A stretch of 53,922 bases of DNA from a virus (taxonomy: Duplodnaviria > Caudoviricetes): positions 1 through 53,922 of the IMG/VR virus record IMGVR_UViG_3300027754_000008; one strand, 5' to 3'. The stretch's first letter is position 1; each line of letters starts with the position of its first letter. Both the position numbers and the translations under genes were made by a program. The notes below the pieces were generated by a model, which saw nothing but the letters and a program-made list of their open reading frames with translations, was not told the DNA's origin and searched no databases. Below are positions 29,984 through 37,666 of this stretch, piece after piece.

Positions 29984-30166
29984 ATGGACAGTTTTACAGC
30001 GACGGGTTTGGCAGAGGGCTTCATTGAAGCTGAGAGCGAAGAGCAAGTGATCGAGGCGTGGCAACACCTTGTTGATACTGGGTTGGCTTGGAGGCTCCAA
30101 GGCTGGTTTGGACGCACCGCCCAGCATCTCATTAACGAAGGCGTGATCAGTGGAGGTGCAGTATGA
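29984..30166 (+). CDS. Conserved small phage protein
   Basis: WQHLVDTGLAWRLQGWFGRTA; AAGGAG RBS. Confidence 0.7.
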   Translation: MDSFTATGLAEGFIEAESEEQVIEAWQHLVDTGLAWRLQGWFGRTAQHLINEGVISGGAV

Positions 30167-30576
30167 GCGCGTTTCATGTTTCTGATGACCACATCAACAT
30201 CCTGCTGTCATGGGCGCGTAAGCACAACCCCATTGTGCGCGTAGATCACACCCGTTTTGACTTGACGCAATCTGAAGATTATTGGCGCGTGGGCGCGGTT
30301 TTGCGCGACGCAAACAACGCTAGTATGTATGCCCGTTACGGTGATAAGCCAGAAGACTATTTGCCCAAGACCGTATCAGTAGCGCATCTTGAGGCCATCG
30401 ACATTGTGTCTGGGTGCGACTGTTTTGACTATCAGGCTTGCGAGTACAGCGGCTGGGAAAGTTCTGGTGCAAAGAATGCTATTGACCAGATTCGCAATGC
30501 GGCTTCACGCAGTATTACTGGATATGGACGCCGCTGGCAGTTGTGCTTATCAGAAGTAGAGGAGGTCGCGGCATGA
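30163..30576 (+). CDS. Conserved hypothetical phage protein
   Basis: MSAF.V...HI, N.ASM.ARY, C.DYQACE. Confidence 0.7.
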   Translation: MSAFHVSDDHINILLSWARKHNPIVRVDHTRFDLTQSEDYWRVGAVLRDANNASMYARYGDKPEDYLPKTVSVAHLEAIDIVSGCDCFDYQACEYSGWESSGAKNAIDQIRNAASRSITGYGRRWQLCLSEVEEVAA

Positions 30577-30872
30577 CCATATCGTTTGAACAGCGTAAAA
30601 GGGACTTCTGGGACTGGCATAAGGCTAATCCAAGGGTATGGGACTACTTCGAGCGATTCTCGCTTGAGGTGGTCAACAAGGGCCACAAAAAGGTTAGCCA
30701 TTGGCTGATCATCAATCGCATACGGTGGGAGGTCTACCTTGAGACCACAGGGGAAGACTTCAAGATCAGCAACGACTACATCGCGTTTTATGCAAGGCTT
30801 TGGATTGCACGTCACCCAGAGCACAAAGACTTATTCACAATCAAGAGAATGATAGGGGAACCAAATGAGTGA
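30573..30872 (+). CDS. Conserved hypothetical phage protein
   Basis: NP.VW..F, IRWE, FKISNDYIAFYAR; GGAGG RBS. Confidence 0.7.
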   Translation: MTISFEQRKRDFWDWHKANPRVWDYFERFSLEVVNKGHKKVSHWLIINRIRWEVYLETTGEDFKISNDYIAFYARLWIARHPEHKDLFTIKRMIGEPNE

Positions 30873-31026
30873 AACAGTAATGAGCGAATACATCAAAGGT
30901 TTTGACCACGGGTGCGACTACATTGTTGCGGAGATTGAGAAATACATTAAGACCGTCAACAGCCATGACGCATTGGTGTTAGTTGACTTGGTCAAGCGAC
31001 TTAAGATGGAAGACAAACCAAAATGA
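30865..31026 (+). CDS. Small hypothetical protein (not in the ORF track)
   Basis: 53-aa ORF whose stop overlaps the MTase start (ATGA). Confidence 0.5.
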   Translation: MSETVMSEYIKGFDHGCDYIVAEIEKYIKTVNSHDALVLVDLVKRLKMEDKPK

Positions 31027-32063
31027 AATTCATTGAACTGTTTGCAGGCATAGGTGGGTTTCGCCTCGGGTTAGAGAAGGCGGGTCACGAGTGTGTGTGG
31101 GCTAATGAATTTACACCAAGGGCGGCAAGCATTTATGAACACAACTTTAAACACAAACCAGACGGACGAGACATCAGAAGAATTCATGTTGATGATGTCC
31201 CCAGCGCAGATTTACTCGTTGGAGGATTTCCATGCGCAACTTTCAGCGTTGCTGGTAGAAGAACAGGGTTTGGGACAGAAGATACACGAGGTACTCTCTT
31301 TTTTGAAATCTGCCGAATCCTATCTGGTAAGCGAATCCCATATCTATTCCTTGAGAATGTTAAGGGACTCCTCAATCACGACGGAGGAAGAACCTTTGGA
31401 GTTATCGTCGCAAGTCTGGATGAACTGGGGTATGACGTGCAATGGGAGTGTCTTAACAGCAAGAATTTCGGAGTCCCACAGAATCGGGAACGAGTCTTTA
31501 TTGTCGGAAATCTTAGAGGACACCCCAGACCAAAAGTATTTCCTGTCGGAAGAAGTTATGCAGAAGATAGCGTTCAACACCGAGGTGAACAAGATCAAGA
31601 ACCGAGGGTTCGGAGCGAAGGTGGTCTCACTATCGGAACACTCTGTCACAGACTTTACAAGGGAGACACTAACAACTTCTACCTTGCTGGACAAATACGA
31701 GGACAAGCTGAACAACTTGAGAACACTACAGCAGGAGGAGGTAGTACCACCGAATCAGATGAGTCTGTTCGAGCAGTCCTAACACCAGCAAAAGAAAAGA
31801 AGCGCCAGCGTGGTCGACGCATGAAAGAACATAACGAACCAGCATTCACTCTCACTGCGCAGGACAGGCATGGGTTGATGGTGGGTTCTAGGTTGCGCAG
31901 ATTCACACCGTTGGAATGTGAGAGGCTCCAGTCGCTACCTGATAACTGGACGCGCTGGTATGCAGATGGTTCAGAGGTTCCAGACACGCAACGATATGAG
32001 CGGTGTGGTCGTGCTGTTACTGTCAACGTGATATACGAAATTGCAAAGAGGTTACCAGCATGA
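31023..32063 (+). CDS. C5 cytosine DNA methyltransferase-family enzyme, predicted carboxymethyltransferase
   Basis: ELFAGIGG (I), GGFPC (IV), ENV (VI), QNRERVF (VIII), TPLECERLQ (IX); motif X is GRAV instead of GNAV/GNSV. Confidence 0.92.
   Translation: MKFIELFAGIGGFRLGLEKAGHECVWANEFTPRAASIYEHNFKHKPDGRDIRRIHVDDVPSADLLVGGFPCATFSVAGRRTGFGTEDTRGTLFFEICRILSGKRIPYLFLENVKGLLNHDGGRTFGVIVASLDELGYDVQWECLNSKNFGVPQNRERVFIVGNLRGHPRPKVFPVGRSYAEDSVQHRGEQDQEPRVRSEGGLTIGTLCHRLYKGDTNNFYLAGQIRGQAEQLENTTAGGGSTTESDESVRAVLTPAKEKKRQRGRRMKEHNEPAFTLTAQDRHGLMVGSRLRRFTPLECERLQSLPDNWTRWYADGSEVPDTQRYERCGRAVTVNVIYEIAKRLPA
31093..31782 (+). CDS. Nested alternative-frame ORF, putative second (beta-like) subunit of the transferase; start uncertain
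   Basis: 229 open codons inside the MTase; WMNWGM..NG....ES and LSEILEDTPDQKYFLS. Confidence 0.55.
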   Translation: MCGLMNLHQGRQAFMNTTLNTNQTDETSEEFMLMMSPAQIYSLEDFHAQLSALLVEEQGLGQKIHEVLSFLKSAESYLVSESHIYSLRMLRDSSITTEEEPLELSSQVWMNWGMTCNGSVLTARISESHRIGNESLLSEILEDTPDQKYFLSEEVMQKIAFNTEVNKIKNRGFGAKVVSLSEHSVTDFTRETLTTSTLLDKYEDKLNNLRTLQQEEVVPPNQMSLFEQS

Positions 32064-32875
32064 TTGACATCAAAAAGGTTTTGCTTCAAAGCGCAGGTAC
32101 ATCAAAGAATGACGCCGCTGTTTTGCTCAGTGCAGGGGTAGACTCATCCAGCGTTCTATTCGCGTTGCTAGAGGCTGGTAAGCGCGTTACAGCGTATTCG
32201 TTTTGCTTGGACGACAGAACGTCAACCGACGTGAAGTATGCGCAGATCACAGCAAAAGAATTTGGTGTACCGTTTGTGCAGATACCGTTACCGACAAGCA
32301 TTGATGTGCTCAGAGAAGACCTAGTTGACTTGGTGCGGTTCGGTGCAAAGAAGAAGACAGACTTTGAGTGTGGTTGGCCAATGCTCTACGCATACAAAGC
32401 AATCACTGAACGCGAGATATTTTCTGGCATGGGTGCAGACGGTCACTTCTGCATCAGCAAAAAAGGAATGATGCACTACAAAAACAGAATCGATGAATTT
32501 AGAAGCACGCTGTTTTTAAATCCATCATACGGTCAAGAGCACATTCATAGAAACCTTAGCAGGGTTTACAAAAAGTGCTGGGTGGCACCGTACATGACGC
32601 AAGAGATGATCGACGAGTTAAAAGGTACAACATGGGATGAGGTCAATCGTCCGCATCAGAAGCAACCAATACTTGATGCGTTCCCTGAGCAGTTCAAACG
32701 CATAAAAATTTTTAAGCACACCAACTTTCAAAAGGGTGACTCAGGTATCTCTGAGCATTTTGAAAAACTACTACATACTGACTTGAATGTTGGGAAGCAT
32801 AAGTCGGTCGTTGGAATCTACAACTACTTAGTCAAAAACTTATCGAAAGAAAATGATGAACTCTTGGACATTTGA
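32060..32875 (+). CDS. Asparagine-synthetase-like ATP-dependent amide ligase with no glutaminase domain
   Basis: PP-loop LLSAGVDSS, SGMGADGHF, K..FQ.G; ATGA-coupled to the MTase. Confidence 0.82.
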   Translation: MIDIKKVLLQSAGTSKNDAAVLLSAGVDSSSVLFALLEAGKRVTAYSFCLDDRTSTDVKYAQITAKEFGVPFVQIPLPTSIDVLREDLVDLVRFGAKKKTDFECGWPMLYAYKAITEREIFSGMGADGHFCISKKGMMHYKNRIDEFRSTLFLNPSYGQEHIHRNLSRVYKKCWVAPYMTQEMIDELKGTTWDEVNRPHQKQPILDAFPEQFKRIKIFKHTNFQKGDSGISEHFEKLLHTDLNVGKHKSVVGIYNYLVKNLSKENDELLDI

Positions 32876-33515
32876 TACACCAGAAATTGCAAACACATTC
32901 GACGCTCATGTGCGCGAACAACTACCGTGGTACGACATGGTCACCGATGCGGTGGTGTACATCGCTCGAAATTATTTGCCAGAGTATGGGGTGGTAGTTG
33001 ACATTGGTGCGTCAACAGGCAACATGATTGACAAACTTATGCCTTTGGCAAATGAACGCATAGCAGATATTGTTGCCATTGAAAAAAGCATTCCCATGTG
33101 CGCAATTCTTAAAAAGAAATACAACAAAAAAAGCGATTGTGTTGTTGTGGAAAACTCAGACGTAACCAGAGGAGACTTACCTAAAGCTGATGTGTATATT
33201 TTGTTTTTGACAATGATGTTCATTCCAATAGAAAAACGCAAAGCCTTAATCGACTCTATGAGAGCGAATTGCAAGCAGGGTGGGGTGATAGTAGTGGTGG
33301 ACAAGGTTTGTGATCATGGCGGGTACTTTGCGACTGTCCTGAAGCGCCTTACCATGCACTTCAAACTACAGCAGGGTGCCAAGCCAGAAGATGTGCTGAC
33401 CAAAGAGATGAGTTTGGCAGGGGTGCAGATACCCATCGACCCAGCCATTCTGGGGACGGACGCCAAACAATTTTTCCGCATGGGTGAGTTTGCAGGCTGG
33501 GTTATTGAGTGTTAG
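32853..33515 (+). CDS. cmoA: CmoA-like carboxy-S-adenosylmethionine synthase
   Basis: WTFD...ANTFDAHVREQLPWY, VDIGASTG, FLTMMFI...R, GGVIVVVDK; these resemble CmoA WTFD..VA..F..M..RS.PGY / DLGCS.G / FTLQF / GG.LV..EK. Confidence 0.75.
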   Translation: MMNSWTFDTPEIANTFDAHVREQLPWYDMVTDAVVYIARNYLPEYGVVVDIGASTGNMIDKLMPLANERIADIVAIEKSIPMCAILKKKYNKKSDCVVVENSDVTRGDLPKADVYILFLTMMFIPIEKRKALIDSMRANCKQGGVIVVVDKVCDHGGYFATVLKRLTMHFKLQQGAKPEDVLTKEMSLAGVQIPIDPAILGTDAKQFFRMGEFAGWVIEC

Positions 33516-33629
33516 GGAAAGTACCTAGAAAATAATTTAAAAAGTTATTGCACTCGTTTAATTTGGTGTTATACTAACTTCACTGACACAGCAAATCCGC
33601 ATAGTCAGCAAACAGTGAAGGAAAGCGAA
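33512..33629 (+). promoter_or_regulatory. Early promoter-leader module 2
   Basis: TTAGGGAAAGTACCTAG, TTGCAC-N16-TATACT with TGn, hairpin CTGAC/GTCAG, ACAGTGAA..AGCGAA-ATG. Confidence 0.75.
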
Positions 33630-33905
33630 ATGAAAGTTGGAAAATCTTATTGGAGTATTTCAGTTAGCCAAGACAAAGTCTGGAAAGAAGTGGCTTTAAC
33701 CGAACCCCAAAACAACACTCGATCAAATGTAATGAGCAAATGCAAATTGATCAGGGCAGATATTAAATTGCAATTGAATGGCAAAACTGAATACGCTACA
33801 GAAATTGAAGCACGCAAAGCATACAAAAAGTTGGATCAAGAGACTGCTAAATATGTAGACGTTAACGAAAACTTCCCAGTCAATTTAGGTCTTGGCTGGT
33901 GTTAA
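33630..33905 (+). CDS. Hypothetical protein
   Basis: ATG directly after the conserved leader. Confidence 0.6.
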   Translation: MKVGKSYWSISVSQDKVWKEVALTEPQNNTRSNVMSKCKLIRADIKLQLNGKTEYATEIEARKAYKKLDQETAKYVDVNENFPVNLGLGWC

Positions 33906-33910
33906 AACAA

Positions 33911-33930
33911 ACGGGGGCTTCGGCCCCTGT
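33911..33930 (+). terminator. UUCG hairpin, possible terminator
   Basis: ACGGGGGC-TTCG-GCCCCTGT. Confidence 0.6.
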
Positions 33931-33931
33931 T

Positions 33932-34026
33932 AAAAATATTTTAAAAAAGTCTTGTAAAGTTTAATTTAGTGTTATACTAACCCCACTGCAACATCGCAGT
34001 AACAGCGAAACAAACGAAAGCGAATC
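33932..34026 (+). promoter_or_regulatory. Early promoter-leader module 3
   Basis: GTTTAATTTAGTGTTATACT (extended -10), hairpin ACTGC/GCAGT, ACAGCGAA..AGCGAA. Confidence 0.7.
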
Positions 34027-34809
34027 ATGGAAAAAGCAAACTTCTCCCAACTCTTAAACGATGCCATCAACCAGCCGGGCATCCTGAGCAAGTGCTACAG
34101 CACCTTTCACGGCTACAGCCTTGGTAACCAACTCTTGGCATACAGCCAGTGCGTCGCACGCGACATTCCGCTTGGCCCTATCGCCACATTCAAAAAGTGG
34201 AAAGACCTTGGTCGCTCTGTGAGCAAAGGTCAAAAGGCTATTGCCTTGGTAATGCCCGTCACTGTCAGCAAAAAAGATGCGGCTGGCGAAAAGACTGGCG
34301 AGGTGTTCTCACTGTTCACCCTGAAAAACAATTGGTTTGTGCTCGGTCAGACTGAGGGCGACGATTACGCCGCTGAGGTGGTGATCCCAACATGGGACAA
34401 GGTCAAGGCTTTGGAAACCCTCAGCATCACAGAGGTGCCATTTAGCCACACTGATGGCAACTGCCAAGGCTACGCTTACGCGACCAGCATTGCCGTTAAC
34501 CCAGTGGCTGTATTGCCCCACAAAACCCGCTTCCATGAGATCGCTCACGTCGTGCTCGGTCACACAAAGGAAGGTCAACTGTCAGACAGCGAAGCAACGC
34601 CCCGTGACGTGCGCGAAGTCGAGGCTGAGGGTGTTGCCTACATCCTGTGCTCTTTGCTCGGTTTAGAGGGCTTACATGAGTCTCGTGGCTATATCCAGAA
34701 CTGGTTGAAGGGTGCAGAGGTTACTGATAAGACAGCCCAGCGCATTTTCAGCGCCGCCAACAAGATTTTGGAGGCTGGACAGGATAAGGGTAAGTCCTTA
34801 GAAAAATAA
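34027..34809 (+). CDS. ardC: ArdC-like antirestriction protein (ssDNA-binding domain plus zincin metallopeptidase)
   Basis: YSLGNQLL, ATFKKWKDLGRSVSKGQKA, HEIAH, EVEAE, GYIQNW. Confidence 0.85.
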   Translation: MEKANFSQLLNDAINQPGILSKCYSTFHGYSLGNQLLAYSQCVARDIPLGPIATFKKWKDLGRSVSKGQKAIALVMPVTVSKKDAAGEKTGEVFSLFTLKNNWFVLGQTEGDDYAAEVVIPTWDKVKALETLSITEVPFSHTDGNCQGYAYATSIAVNPVAVLPHKTRFHEIAHVVLGHTKEGQLSDSEATPRDVREVEAEGVAYILCSLLGLEGLHESRGYIQNWLKGAEVTDKTAQRIFSAANKILEAGQDKGKSLEK

Positions 34810-34905
34810 TTAGCAGAGGGGGTTGACGCCCCCTTTGTTTAATGTACAATTACACACATACACCGAACGGTTCAGTGTAAAACAGCGAAATGAAAGTGAA
34901 TCCAA
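34785..34905 (+). promoter_or_regulatory. Early promoter-leader module 4 (-35 box in a hairpin loop)
   Basis: TAAGGGTAAGTCCTTA; GAGGGGG-TTGACG-CCCCCTT; TACAAT; ACAGCGAA. Confidence 0.75.
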
Positions 34906-35721
34906 ATGACACATCCTTTTGAAAAAGCAGGCTTAGGCAAGGCTCCCTTCTCATGCACAGGCGTGAGCGAGAATGTTTGGGACAACGGCGACGGCACCAC
35001 TAAGGGCGGCGGTGTCTGCGACTATTGCGGTACAGGCATTCGCTGGGAGTTTTGGATCAAGGGTTCAATCGCTGGTGCCAAGCAGTTCAAGGTCGGTTGC
35101 GATTGCGTCGCCAAGACTGGTTGGGGCATTGATCGCTTTTTGGAAGTCCGCGCTGAGCACACACGCGCACGTCGTCAGGCTGGTGCCACAAAGCGCCGTG
35201 AGTCACGTCAGGCACGCATTGAGGCAGAACGCGCTCAGAGAGCCGCCGAGCGCCTTGAGGCTACCCAAGCATGGCGCGACGCTAACAGCGCCTTGGTAGC
35301 CCGTTTAGATGCCTACACGGGTGCCAATGAGTTCCTGCACAGTGCCAAACAAAACATTGCCCAGTGGGGCAACCTGTCCGCTCGTCAAGTGGAAGCCGTA
35401 GAGTCCTGCTTCGCGGTGATCGACCGCCAAGAGTTTGCTCGTGCTAACAGCCAGCACATCGGTGCTGTGGGTGACAAGGTCACTCTGATAATCACTGTGG
35501 AGCACATCATTGTTTTGCACTCTGAGTTCTATGGCAACAACTACATCACCATCGCTCGTGACGAGCAGGGTAACGCCATCACCTACAAGGGTAAGACCAG
35601 CATCGGTGTTAAGGGTGAGACCAACACAATCAAAGCCAGCGTGAAAGAGCACACCGTCTACAACGGCGTAAAACAAACCGTTATCCAGCGCCCAAAAGTG
35701 CTGGAAGCGGCATTAGGGTAA
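34906..35721 (+). CDS. Zn-finger plus coiled coil plus probable C-terminal OB-fold protein
   Basis: CDYCG...VGCDC; SQHIGAVGDK...KASVKEH..YNGVKQT.IQRP. Confidence 0.65.
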   Translation: MTHPFEKAGLGKAPFSCTGVSENVWDNGDGTTKGGGVCDYCGTGIRWEFWIKGSIAGAKQFKVGCDCVAKTGWGIDRFLEVRAEHTRARRQAGATKRRESRQARIEAERAQRAAERLEATQAWRDANSALVARLDAYTGANEFLHSAKQNIAQWGNLSARQVEAVESCFAVIDRQEFARANSQHIGAVGDKVTLIITVEHIIVLHSEFYGNNYITIARDEQGNAITYKGKTSIGVKGETNTIKASVKEHTVYNGVKQTVIQRPKVLEAALG

Positions 35722-35829
35722 GTCCTAATAAAATAATTTAATCGAAGGGGTTGACAGCCCTTTCGTTTAACATACAATTACACCTAAGCACCGAATATCT
35801 CGATGCTACAACAGCGAAGGAACAGTGAA
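35713..35829 (+). promoter_or_regulatory. Early promoter-leader module 5 (-35 box at a hairpin apex)
   Basis: TTAGGGTAAGTCCTAA; CGAAGGGG-TTGACA-GCCCTTTCG; TACAAT; ACAGCGAA..ACAGTGAA-ATG. Confidence 0.75.
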
Positions 35830-36102
35830 ATGACAAACGCAACACAATACTCTTGGAAATACTTGGTCTGCTCAATTGCAGTAACAGACCTTGCAGACCT
35901 TGAAAGCAATGGCGCTATCCCTAGCGATTGGAAGTTTGCAATTAAAAACGGCAACACCTTGTACGACGAGGTTGGATCGTCATGGCGCGAGAGGTCAGAC
36001 AATACGGTTTATGTGTGCCACAAAGATGCACCAGAGTCTAAATATCGTTGGTTGCACCCCGACACAATTGTGCAAATTTATAAAGTTTCAACACACGGTT
36101 GA
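35830..36102 (+). CDS. Hypothetical protein
   Basis: ATG after the conserved leader. Confidence 0.6.
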   Translation: MTNATQYSWKYLVCSIAVTDLADLESNGAIPSDWKFAIKNGNTLYDEVGSSWRERSDNTVYVCHKDAPESKYRWLHPDTIVQIYKVSTHG

Positions 36103-36160
36103 CACCTCTCCAATTGTTTATGCTACAATTAAACCATCAACAGCGAAAAGGAAAAGCGAA
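36099..36160 (+). promoter_or_regulatory. Early promoter-leader module 6 (short form)
   Basis: TTGACA...TGcTACAAT, ACAGCGAA..AGCGAA-ATG. Confidence 0.65.
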
Positions 36161-36424
36161 ATGAAAACTACAGACTTCCAACACAACTTCGACAACGTCG
36201 TATCTTTTGACGACGGCGATACCGTAGAGACCGTAACAGTGGCTTACGACTACCTCCCAGAGGTGGACGGTTATGCCGAGGTCTTTGACCTGTTTGTCTT
36301 TGATGCCACTGGTGCCGACATCACCTATGACATCCCACAGGCAGAGTACCAGCGCCTGCTGGAAGAGACCAAGATTGACCACCAGCGCTTGGTGGCTGAG
36401 TCCAACGAATATGTGGGAGATTGA
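36161..36424 (+). CDS. Small acidic protein
   Basis: 87 aa, Asp/Glu-rich; start after the leader. Confidence 0.6.
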   Translation: MKTTDFQHNFDNVVSFDDGDTVETVTVAYDYLPEVDGYAEVFDLFVFDATGADITYDIPQAEYQRLLEETKIDHQRLVAESNEYVGD

Positions 36425-37018
36425 TATGAACAACGAAATTCAAGTTTCAAGCAACATCAACGTGTCTTGCTTTGGTCGTGGTCAGTGGATCATCTTTGCC
36501 AGCACCGAGCACGAGGACGGTCGCTACCTCGGTTTCACTCGTGGCTTTGGTTCCAAAGAGAACACTCTCAAAGTCGCTCGTGAGTGGGCTAAGTTATCCG
36601 TCGCTCAATTGCGCGACATCTGTAACGCATAAGGGGATGGACATGAAAAATACAGCATGGAAAAAAGACTACCTGATCGTGATCCACAACGACTACGACA
36701 ACACATGGCGCGGGGTGACTAAACCTTGCACCTTCTTGCAAGCGATACGGTTCGCGAGAGCCAAGGGCTGGAGGCTTGACGGCGATACTGTTCGCCTTGT
36801 GACCCTCTCAGAGTGGGCAACATTGCCAATATCAATTCAATTGGGAGCCGAAGTATGACTGAAGACAAGCCACACTTCATTGTCCACAAGGACACTGATC
36901 GAATCATTGGCACCTATGCCACCTATGCACAAGCCTACGCCGCATACGAGAAACTTGGTACAGGCAACGACGGCATGACTGATCACGCCATTGGTTTAGT
37001 TCTTGAAAAGGGGACAGC

Positions 37019-37288
37019 ATGACTACAGAAGAAAATTTGACAGAGAGCGATTGGGTGGAACTTACAAGGGGTGACATCCTATCGTGGGAGATGCCAGCCG
37101 TTTCATCTGTGGTTGAGTTTGTGTGGTTTGTCGAGCGCAAGATCAGGGAGAGAAACGAACCCCTGCTACAGCGCACATGGACTGGTCTAACCAATGACGA
37201 GTTGACAGACCTTTTCTACAACGAAAACCTTGGTCAAATGAGTGCTGTTGGTCAAGCGGTTGAACTACTGAAGGAGAGAAACACATGA
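37019..37288 (+). CDS. Protein with two WxxLTxxE...KERN modules
   Basis: WVELTRGD...KIRERN and WTGLTNDE...LLKERN. Confidence 0.55.
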   Translation: MTTEENLTESDWVELTRGDILSWEMPAVSSVVEFVWFVERKIRERNEPLLQRTWTGLTNDELTDLFYNENLGQMSAVGQAVELLKERNT

Positions 37289-37666
37289 ACAACATGGGAA
37301 GCCTAATGGATCAGGTGCAGGCAGAACTGCTAAAGCAGTGGGAAGCCACCACCGCAGACCAACGCGCAGAGGAGGAGCGCTTGCGCAAAATCCAGCGTGA
37401 CTGGGAAGCCCAGCACACAGCGTTTGAAACCGAGCAGGAGGATGACGATGAACAAACAGGAGATTGACGACATGATGAAAGACCTACCTAGCCAACAGCT
37501 ACCCGACGAGACCTTGATTCAAAAGATCACAATCGCTATAATGTTCATAGTGATTTTGTTCTTGATGGTGTGGGCGCCAGACTTCATTTTGACCGAGGAA
37601 GAGTGCCTACAACAAAGCCCTCGTGCTATCACCATTGGATTGTGTAGCGAACCGAAAGCGAAGTAG

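Noticed and set aside
32060-32875. QueC / 7-deazaguanine modification pathway
   Set aside because: It shares only the PP-loop; there is no C-terminal Cys cluster and no folE, queD, queE or dpdA
32853-33515. Auxiliary tRNA-modification gene
   Set aside because: No cmoB or tRNA genes were seen, and the gene is coupled to a DNA transferase with a motif-X Arg; an effect on host tRNA cannot be fully excluded
35891-36160. Long N-terminal extensions given by the ORF track (also 29565, 32003, 8713, 52007)
   Set aside because: They run through promoters or upstream genes; the downstream ATGs have leaders, RBSs or ATGA coupling
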